Source of the DNA: Pyrococcus horikoshii OT3
GTDB taxonomy: Archaea > Methanobacteriota_B > Thermococci > Thermococcales > Thermococcaceae
Length of the DNA: 24,000 bases
Reading direction: 5' to 3'
Assembly: GCF_000011105.1 (NCBI RefSeq)
Contig: NC_000961.1
Location: 487,940-511,939, forward strand
Of this stretch, positions 15,894 to 22,590 are shown piece after piece; positions within the stretch are counted from its first letter, which is position 1, and each line of letters opens with the position of its first letter. The position numbers and the translations under genes were made by a program. The notes under the pieces are model-generated. The model saw only the letters and a program-made list of their open reading frames with translations. It had not been told where the DNA came from and searched no databases.

Positions 15894-16420
15894 CAGTGGC
15901 ATTCACCAGCGACTGCGCTTACGTCTATCTGGAATTGGTGTTCACCGCTGCTTAACCCGGTGTTGTTGAATATCATTCCAACTGAAACGGGCTGACCATG
16001 GTATACCGTGAATGAGATCTGGTAGTCGGGTCCCGCTATTGGGCTGTTGTAAGTTCCGGCAAAGACCTTCACGGGTGATTCAGCTTTTACAGTTACACAT
16101 ATTGGGTAATCCTGCTGGGCGTTTTCCCAAAGTTCGTTGCTGACGTTGAACATTTCCTCAAATACGTAAATGCTGTCTGTGCTAAGACCTTCTCCATATC
16201 CGGGATAGCTTGGATTGTTTGACGAGATCTCTACAGTCAATTTTCCGTTGTTCAGGTACACGTAAGGTTGTACTGGGGTTAGATCTATTAACTCTGAGTC
16301 GTCGCTCACTATGGCTACGCTCATATCTCTATTTGCTTCGAAATACCTAAAGTTGGCCCCCGCGCCAACTGCTAACATAAGCCCTGCAAGGAACAGGGCT
16401 ATTCCAAACAATTTATTCAT
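15893..16420 (-). CDS. Secreted TasA-like / DUF1102-like putative fibre subunit, paralogue B
   Basis: I prefer ATG 16420 (GGAGGT 7 nt upstream) over the ORF-track TTG 16426. The signal peptide is MNKLFGIALFLAGLMLAVGAGA|NF. The protein shares DDSELIDLTPVQPY, NNPSYPGYG and VSNELWEN with the upstream paralogue. Confidence 0.7.
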   Translation of the reverse strand: MNKLFGIALFLAGLMLAVGAGANFRYFEANRDMSVAIVSDDSELIDLTPVQPYVYLNNGKLTVEISSNNPSYPGYGEGLSTDSIYVFEEMFNVSNELWENAQQDYPICVTVKAESPVKVFAGTYNSPIAGPDYQISFTVYHGQPVSVGMIFNNTGLSSGEHQFQIDVSAVAGECH

Positions 16421-16440
16421 TTTCAATACCTCCTACTAAT

Positions 16441-17046
16441 TCAAGGCCCCTGCCCGCACTTGCCAACTAAGTCAGCTGGCTCAGTGCCGAGCCTGTAGGC
16501 CTTAATCTCTAATGTTCCAGTCCACATTTCTCCGGGGTAATCCCCGTTAGCTGATAAGTCCATTCCTATCTTTACCATGTCTTCAGGCTGCACGACAAAG
16601 CATACCCAATCCCTAGCTGAGTCGCTTGCGCTTGCCATTGTTCCGTCATATGCTGAGTATACATTTCTGTCTGCTCCGTAGAATTCTATATGTGAGTTAG
16701 TTGACTTGAGTTCAACGACTATTGGTACGTTTTCCCAAAGGTGGTTGCTTACCCCGAAAACTTCGTCAAAGTTGTATTCACTTGCTGGACTAACTCCGTT
16801 TCCGTAACCTGGATAGTTCGGGTTGTTAGCTGAGAAGTCTATAACTAGCTTTCCGGTAGTTTCATTTATGTACGAATAAGGTTGTATTGGGGTTAAGTCG
16901 ATTAGCTCACTGTCGTCCGTTACTATGTTCCAGTGGACGCTCCTACTGGCGTTGTAGTCACTAAAATTGGCCCCTACGCCGAGCACGAGGCCAAATGCGG
17001 CCAAAAGGCCAAAGACGGCAATCAAGTATCTATTCACTTTTTCCAT
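16441..17046 (-). CDS. Secreted TasA-like / DUF1102-like putative fibre subunit, paralogue A
   Basis: The signal peptide ends ...LLAAFGLVLGVGA|NFSDY. Conserved motifs are DDSELIDLTPIQPY, NNPNYPGYG and VSNHLWEN. An alternative start at GTG 17037 would give M-N-R..., parallel to M-N-K... of paralogue B. Confidence 0.7.
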   Translation of the reverse strand: MEKVNRYLIAVFGLLAAFGLVLGVGANFSDYNASRSVHWNIVTDDSELIDLTPIQPYSYINETTGKLVIDFSANNPNYPGYGNGVSPASEYNFDEVFGVSNHLWENVPIVVELKSTNSHIEFYGADRNVYSAYDGTMASASDSARDWVCFVVQPEDMVKIGMDLSANGDYPGEMWTGTLEIKAYRLGTEPADLVGKCGQGP

Positions 17047-17144
17047 CTCCTGAGTTGCTGGATCCCACCTGGTGTGAGACCCAAACTAAAATGGAGGGGA
17101 AGTTGTATATAGGTAGTTGGAAGTTTAACTCTGGTAACCCCTCA

Positions 17145-17594
17145 TTACCTAGTACATATCCAATGGAAAATCGACAGTGCCAAGAGGATGAGAGAAAATA
17201 TTACACCTTCTGAGCTTGCTAATGCAAGGGAGACAAGTAGGGAAATTGATGAGAAAATTAGGTAAGCCAGGGGCCATAAATTTTTTCCCTCGTTCTTAAG
17301 TTCTATGAAGGTGTGAACTTCGGATGGTACACCCAATAGGTAGACTCTTCCTCTCTCAACATTCACGATCCCTTCCCTCTGTAACCTTGGGAGATGAGTT
17401 TGAACTAGGCTCACGTAGACGCTCTTCCTGTGCCTCCTGTCTTCATTCCCCTCGGCCTTGCATATGTATTCGACGAGCTCGCTAACCTCAGCTTCATTAT
17501 TGTGCTCTCTGAGGAATTCTATTACCTTTAATCTCCTATCATTACCAAGGATAGTAGAAGAGGGGCTCGATAGTAGCCTAATCAAATTTGCCAT
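17145..17594 (-). CDS. Membrane-tethered winged-helix transcription regulator (wHTH plus two C-terminal TM helices)
   Basis: The ORF track starts at 17627. ATG 17594 has GGTGGTGA 5 nt upstream. The wHTH region is RRLKVIEFLREH...VSELVEYI...VYVSLVQTHLPRLQREGIVNVERGRVYL. The C-terminal hydrophobic segments are LWPLAYLIFSSISLLVSLALA and VIFSLILLALSIFHWI. Confidence 0.6.
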   Translation of the reverse strand: MANLIRLLSSPSSTILGNDRRLKVIEFLREHNNEAEVSELVEYICKAEGNEDRRHRKSVYVSLVQTHLPRLQREGIVNVERGRVYLLGVPSEVHTFIELKNEGKNLWPLAYLIFSSISLLVSLALASSEGVIFSLILLALSIFHWICTR

Positions 17595-17748
17595 TTTATT
17601 CACCACCGGATTTAACGAAGTTACCATTTCCCTGTATATTAAGTTTTTGGCTTCCTCGCCTAGAAATTTTAAAGGAGGAATCTGCCTAAACGGCTTGAAT
17701 AAAACCGCAAAGCTTAAAAGGCATTAACGTTGAGTGAAAATTGGACGT

Positions 17749-17824
17749 AGCCCCGTGGTGTAGCGGCCAAGCATGCGGGACTCTGGATCCCGCGACCGGG
17801 GTTCGAATCCCCGCGGGGCTACCA
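17749..17824 (+). tRNA. tRNA-Gln (anticodon CUG), CCA encoded
   Basis: Manual fold. The acceptor stem is AGCCCCG/CGGGGCT. The anticodon stem is CGGGA/TCCCG with loop CTCTGGA. The T arm is GGGGTTCGAATCCCC. A TATA-like CTTAAAAG lies at 17713-17720, and a T-run follows the 3' end. Confidence 0.9.
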
Positions 17825-17883
17825 TTGCTCTTTTCTGAAACCATAAGATTTTAAAGTCCATGCTTTCATTTACCACTTGAAGT

Positions 17884-17971
17884 GCGGGGGTTGCCGAGCC
17901 TGGTCAAAGGCGGGGGACTCAAGATCCCCTCCCGTAGGGGTTCCGGGGTTCGAATCCCCGCCCCCGCACCA
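17884..17971 (+). tRNA. tRNA-Leu (anticodon CAA), long variable arm, CCA encoded
   Basis: The acceptor stem is GCGGGGG/CCCCCGC. The anticodon stem is GGGGA/TCCCC with loop CTCAAGA. The variable arm is CCCGTAGGGGTTC. The T arm is GGGGTTCGAATCCCC. A TATA-like ATTTTAAAG lies at 17848-17856. Confidence 0.9.
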
Positions 17972-18082
17972 TTTTGGTTGTTCTCTTTGAGCTCGAAAAG
18001 ATTAAAAAATTGTGAACTGTGAAAAGATCCCTTAACTTGAAAGCTTTCCCTTTTTAAATTGATGCAAGCTCCTAACTTACTA

Positions 18083-19444
18083 TCAAAGCATTAGGAGGAA
18101 CCATTCCTTTGGGAGCCATATCACTCCATTCTTCTCCCTGAAATCTCCACCGTGAATGATGATTCCTCTCTCGGCTCCTATCTTTTTCATCGTCCTCTTC
18201 ACCTGTTCTTTGCCTTTCTTGCCCCACCCAACCTCAAGAACGATCCTCCCGATGGGAGTCGTCAGAATAAAGTCGGCACCACCCTTTTCAGCATCATAAG
18301 TTACCGAACCTGAGAGTTCTCTCGCTATAATGTATAAGTAAAGGGCAACCACATCCTCAAGGAGGTTCCCGAGGATCTTCTCATTAACCTCAAGGAGGCC
18401 AAAGTGGTTGAGTATCGAAGTCCTGATGACAGGTGCGAGGAACTTGTACTTTGGGGTCTTCCTGATTGCTTTTCCAAGAGATCCATAAGCTCTGACCGGG
18501 AATATAACTTCAAGGTTTTCAAAAGCTGACAGAAGCTTAGCTAGGACTGGTCTGGAAATTCCAAGACGAGACGTTAATCTGTCATAGTTAAGGGCTTCAC
18601 CAGAGGCTAGCATAAGCATTAGTAAAAAGGCCTTTTCAAGAACCTCCTGGGAGAAGCCCATCTTAGCGAGATCCCATCGGATTATCCTTTCCACTATCGA
18701 GTATGTTTCCTCAAGCGGTTCCCTGGAAGATAATGCTAAGGGGAGCGAGCCATAAAGGAGATACCTTTCAACCTCAATCGGGTCAAAGGTTAGGAATGTC
18801 TTCCTTATTTCCTCCTCAATTCCTTCGACTTCTCCCGCCAGTAGGAGTCGCTTTAGAACCTTTTTCACTTCTTCATTCACGCGAATGCCTTTCAGGAGGA
18901 GGTACTCGGTGAAAGTTAGGGGAGTAATGTGGAACCTCTTCGCCCTTCTTGCTAAATCGGTACTCAGCTTCAGTTCGATTGCAGAGGAACCCGTGGCTAC
19001 TATCATCAGGTTCCTTGCCCTGTCGTAGGCTACTTTAAGGGCTAAATCCCACTCCTCATCGTAGTGAACCTCATCCAAGAGGAAAATTGTTGGCTCTCTT
19101 AGCTCCTCAAGTCTCTCTCCTATGATATGCTCGTAGGATTCAAAAACATCCTTTAATCGGTAGCCGAGCATCTTAATCTCGTCTACCGAAGCATAAAGAA
19201 TCCTTTCACCGCTTACCTCCCCGATCAGCTTAAGGTAGAGCTGGGCCAGCATCGTGGTCTTTCCTACACCCCTAAGCCCGTACAATAGGATCACTCTATT
19301 CTCACCAGATCCAAGGAACCCTCGAATCTCTTCCATCAGCTTTACTATTAAGGGCCTTTCGGGTAGAGGTTTTCCCCCTTTGAGCGCGAACTTCTCTAGC
19401 CTCTTTCTCCCTAGGGTTAGTATTCTTCTGATATACTCCTCCAT
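18083..19444 (-). CDS. AAA-family ATPase of the archaeal COG1373 type (AAA_14 plus DUF4143-like), with a possible C-terminal PD-(D/E)xK-like module
   Basis: Walker A is GLRGVGKTT and Walker B is IFLLDEVH. The C-terminus reads GGADFILTTPIGRIVLEVGWGKKGK. The ORF-track TTG 19456 is probably not the start. ATG 19444 lies about 26 nt from the centre of an AAATTATAAT TATA box, which suggests a leaderless mRNA. Confidence 0.75.
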   Translation of the reverse strand: MEEYIRRILTLGRKRLEKFALKGGKPLPERPLIVKLMEEIRGFLGSGENRVILLYGLRGVGKTTMLAQLYLKLIGEVSGERILYASVDEIKMLGYRLKDVFESYEHIIGERLEELREPTIFLLDEVHYDEEWDLALKVAYDRARNLMIVATGSSAIELKLSTDLARRAKRFHITPLTFTEYLLLKGIRVNEEVKKVLKRLLLAGEVEGIEEEIRKTFLTFDPIEVERYLLYGSLPLALSSREPLEETYSIVERIIRWDLAKMGFSQEVLEKAFLLMLMLASGEALNYDRLTSRLGISRPVLAKLLSAFENLEVIFPVRAYGSLGKAIRKTPKYKFLAPVIRTSILNHFGLLEVNEKILGNLLEDVVALYLYIIARELSGSVTYDAEKGGADFILTTPIGRIVLEVGWGKKGKEQVKRTMKKIGAERGIIIHGGDFREKNGVIWLPKEWFLLML

Positions 19445-19456
19445 CTTATCGCCCAA

Positions 19457-19515
19457 TTTTAGTTAATTATAATTTACTTAAATGTTACCATTTTAGTTAA
19501 TCAAAATTAACTAAA
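19457..19515. promoter_or_regulatory. Three copies of TTTAGTTAAT (one at the TATA/TSS, two as a perfect inverted repeat) upstream of the ATPase gene
   Basis: TTTTAGTTAAT occurs at 19457-19467 and at 19491-19501. ATTAACTAAA at 19506-19515 is the reverse complement, separated by the 4-nt spacer CAAA. Confidence 0.4.
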
Positions 19516-19938
19516 CATGTCATAGCATTAAGCCTTGAAGGGGACTGTTCTTTTGGCGGCTTCTTTTTTGAGATGACGGGGAGTGGGAGGCCAACTTTCT
19601 TTTAATGCTGTCTCTACATTATGTTTCGAAGAGCAACAAGTCTTTGCCTGGGTATTTTAGAGCTTTTTTGAATTACAGCTTTTCAAATAGCGTTTAAGAG
19701 TTCAATAAGGGTGTGATCCAGTATTGGTTGTTAATGGAATGTTCTTCCAATCTTCTCCTTGGAGACTACCTTAGCGAGAGATTTAGCTGAAAAACCTCTC
19801 TCAACGCCTTCCCTACCTTTGAGAATTTTAAGGGCTTTCTGTATACTCCCCTTCTATGCGCTGAGTTATTAAATGTGGAGATGAGGGGGTTACGAAGAAT
19901 CTCAAAACAGTTAATGAAATGGGATAAATGTTGAAAGA

Positions 19939-20454
19939 TCATGGGCCTATATGCATCATTTGGCTATACATCTCCCAATCAAGTAATAACTCGTATTCGG
20001 CCCTTAGGGTATAGTAATGGCCTTTTTCCATATCACTTAGGTATCTCATGAGCTTCTTTTTCTTGTCATCTTCAACCATCTCCTCTAATTTAGAATAGAA
20101 CTCTGAGGCGATCTCCTCGGCCCTCATTGCCAATCTAATCAGATCGATTATATTCTGGATACCCTTGAGTTCTTCAGCAACCGGTTGAAGCTCCGGGCCT
20201 ATATGTTCCTTCGGGAATACAATCTCTTTTCCAGGAAACATTTCTGAATAAAGCTTTCTTAATAGTATTTCATGCCTCTTTTCTTCCCCGGCCAGCCATT
20301 CTATTTTCTCCTTCAAAGGTTTGGAATCTACATGCTTCGCTAAGCTCTCATAGAATTTTTGAGCTCCGATCTCGGATTTTATTGCCATTCCTAGCAATTC
20401 TTCAAGAGAAAACTCGGCCATTTTATATAGGGGAAGCCCTCCCTCAACTTCCAT
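19939..20454 (-). CDS. Ferritin-like diiron (rubrerythrin-family, no rubredoxin domain) protein
   Basis: There are two E...ExxH pairs. The first is SEIGAQKFYE ... EEKRHE; the second is AEEIASEFY ... MEKGHY. GGAGGT lies 6 nt upstream of ATG 20454. Confidence 0.6.
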   Translation of the reverse strand: MEVEGGLPLYKMAEFSLEELLGMAIKSEIGAQKFYESLAKHVDSKPLKEKIEWLAGEEKRHEILLRKLYSEMFPGKEIVFPKEHIGPELQPVAEELKGIQNIIDLIRLAMRAEEIASEFYSKLEEMVEDDKKKKLMRYLSDMEKGHYYTLRAEYELLLDWEMYSQMMHIGP

Positions 20455-20499
20455 ATCGTTACCTCCAAGATCCTTATCTTGGATGAATTTCTTAAAAAC

Positions 20500-20844
20500 C
20501 TATTTTCTTCCGTTTCCTTTATTCTCAAAAATTCCAATTGGGTTGTTCCCTAAGTCGTAAACGTAAACTTTATCGAACATTACTAGTGCGAATTTCTCCA
20601 TGATATCACCGACGATTTTCGAGTATGCCATGGCCGCACTACCCAGGATATTGTATTCAGCGTTGCTTTCGAATTTGAGCCAAACTTTCAATGTATCACC
20701 TTTTACCTCCAATCCAGCTAAAACCCCTGAATCTAATATGCTCTCCCCTGTTACGGGGTCTATTATTTCCTTCATTTTTTCGAGAACCTTCCTATACTCC
20801 GGTGGCCATTCTCTATCCTTATAGTAGATCTTCACCTTAACCAC
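20500..20844 (-). CDS. Small DUF59/MIP18-like protein (tentative)
   Basis: IIDPVTGESILDSGVLAGLEVKGDTLKVWLKF resembles the DUF59 core pattern. The start lies 1 nt after the pyruvate kinase stop. Confidence 0.35.
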   Translation of the reverse strand: MVKVKIYYKDREWPPEYRKVLEKMKEIIDPVTGESILDSGVLAGLEVKGDTLKVWLKFESNAEYNILGSAAMAYSKIVGDIMEKFALVMFDKVYVYDLGNNPIGIFENKGNGRK

Positions 20845-20845
20845 C

Positions 20846-22273
20846 TCACGCTATTTGGAATATCTTTATTGAATTAGTCCCAACGGTTTTCTCTATCGGC
20901 TTACCTTCCGTCATCAAAACTATGTCATCGCTTCCAACCAATCCTAGTCCCTTTATTAACCTAACAATGTCATTCTCATTGAACCCTTCCTCCATACAGA
21001 ATGGATACACTCCATAGCTGAACATTAGGTTATTGCAAACTTTCTCCCTCGTAGAGAATGCAAGTATCCACTGCTTTGGCTTAAATCTGGAGATCAATCT
21101 TGCCGTTCTACCCGTTTTAGTTGGCGTCAATATGAACTTTATACCTATAGTGCAGATGGCATCAATGATACTCCTGGTTATCGCCTCCTTTATCGTTCCC
21201 CTCTTCGTTCCTTCCAGGAACTCTCGCATTCTGGTTATCCCAAAGCTTTCCCTATATTCCTCAGTTACTTTCGCTATCCTTGCCATCATCTCGACGGCCT
21301 CAATCGGGAATTTTCCAACTGCTGTTTCTTCAGACAACATAACGGCATCGGTTCCATCTAGTATTGCATTGGCAACGTCTGTAACTTCAGCTCTTGTTGG
21401 GACTTTTTCCATTGTCATGGAAACGAGCATCTGGGTTGCCGTAATTACAGGCTTTCCTTCCATGTTGGCTTTCCTAATTAACCTCTTCTGGAGAATTGGA
21501 AGTTGTTCTATTGGCATCTCAACCCCTAGATCACCCCTGGCTATCATAATCCCGTCAGCGGCATTTAGAATTTCATTGAAGTTTCTAACAGCATCGGGTC
21601 TTTCGATCTTAGCTATAACGAAGGTGTCACCTGCGCCATTTCTCTCCAAAAAGCTCTTCGCTTTTAGTACATCGTAAACGTTTCCAACAAAGCTGAGTCC
21701 TATTGCATCGACGCCATGTTCGATTGCGAACTTCATTATCTCTATATCTCTTGGAGTTATAGCTTCAACGGGAAGATAGGCCTTTGGAATGTTTATCCCT
21801 TTCCTCGAGAAGAGTTTTCCACCAGAAATAACTACTGCTTCAACTTCATTCTCCTTTACATCTTCGACTCTTAACACTATATAGCCATCGCTTAGGTATA
21901 TCACATCTCCCTTAGATACAAGCTTTGGGAAATCCTTATATTCTACGGGGATCGTTGTTTCATCTCCCTCAATATCTTTTGTTGTCAAAGTAACTTTCTC
22001 CCCTCTTTCAAGTTCCACATATCCCCCCTTTATCTCCCCAACCCTAATCTTCAGTCCGGGAAGGTCGGCTAATATTGCAACTCTCCTATCTAACTTCTGT
22101 GACTGTTCCCTCACCATCTCTATGATCTTTGCATGCTCTTCGAATGTGCCATGAGAAAAGTTTATTCTTGCAACGTTCATGCCAGCTTCAATTAATTTTT
22201 TGATCATTTTTTTCGAGTTAGTTGCCGGCCCTATCGTTGCGACAATCTTTGTTTTATGGGAGGGAAGCTTCAT
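20846..22273 (-). CDS. pyk: Pyruvate kinase
   Basis: Motifs seen are KTKIVATIGPA, MNVARINFSHG, KIERPDAV, MIARGDLGVE, VITATQMLVSM and MLSEETAVGKFP. The ORF-track GTG 22282 lies inside the SD GGTGA. ATG 22273 follows 5 nt later. Confidence 0.93.
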   Translation of the reverse strand: MKLPSHKTKIVATIGPATNSKKMIKKLIEAGMNVARINFSHGTFEEHAKIIEMVREQSQKLDRRVAILADLPGLKIRVGEIKGGYVELERGEKVTLTTKDIEGDETTIPVEYKDFPKLVSKGDVIYLSDGYIVLRVEDVKENEVEAVVISGGKLFSRKGINIPKAYLPVEAITPRDIEIMKFAIEHGVDAIGLSFVGNVYDVLKAKSFLERNGAGDTFVIAKIERPDAVRNFNEILNAADGIMIARGDLGVEMPIEQLPILQKRLIRKANMEGKPVITATQMLVSMTMEKVPTRAEVTDVANAILDGTDAVMLSEETAVGKFPIEAVEMMARIAKVTEEYRESFGITRMREFLEGTKRGTIKEAITRSIIDAICTIGIKFILTPTKTGRTARLISRFKPKQWILAFSTREKVCNNLMFSYGVYPFCMEEGFNENDIVRLIKGLGLVGSDDIVLMTEGKPIEKTVGTNSIKIFQIA

Positions 22274-22543
22274 CCTTCTCACCTTTTTTAGAGTTTAGCA
22301 AAAAGCAATAAAAAGCATTCGTCGATTATGAAGATAGCAAGAGGTTGCTCTGCAGTTAGTTTTGAAGACAGGTAGAAGGGTTCATGATCATGGGGGGACC
22401 TTCTTGAGTTTAATTAAAGGGTGCAAGGAGCTTCTCGTACTAGGGGAGAATTGGAGAGGAACCCAAGCGCTTAGTTGATATTGAAATCGAGAGGGAGGGA
22501 ATATTTTAGAGCAGGCAAAGCTTTCCCTGGCATTTAAATCTTC

Positions 22544-22574
22544 TTAAAAATTTTTAACTGAAGGTTTTTAAACC
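22544..22574. promoter_or_regulatory. Palindromic A/T promoter element and SurR-like half-matches upstream of the CoADR-family gene
   Basis: TTAAAAATTTTTAA (22544-22557) is a perfect 14-bp palindrome and a TATA candidate. ATTtttAACtgaagGTT (22550-22566) lies within it and just after it. GGTTTttAAACC is at 22563-22574. Confidence 0.35.
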
Positions 22575-22590
22575 AGGGATGGGTGAGAAC

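Noticed and set aside
17749-19938. Integrated element at the tRNA-Gln/tRNA-Leu locus
   Set aside because: I found no integrase gene and no duplicated tRNA 3' fragment (no second GGTTCGAATCCCC-type copy) downstream that could serve as an att site.
21033-21677. 214-aa + strand ORF inside pyruvate kinase
   Set aside because: It is antisense to a gene with unambiguous pyruvate kinase motifs. Its hydrophobic, Ser-rich composition is typical of shadow ORFs.
22283-22578. Possible C/D-box sRNA in the 296-bp pyk/CoADR divergent spacer (ATGAAGA and TTGAAGA resemble C boxes)
   Set aside because: There are no proper RUGAUGA/CUGA box pairs at appropriate spacing on either strand. The region is better explained as two divergent promoters.
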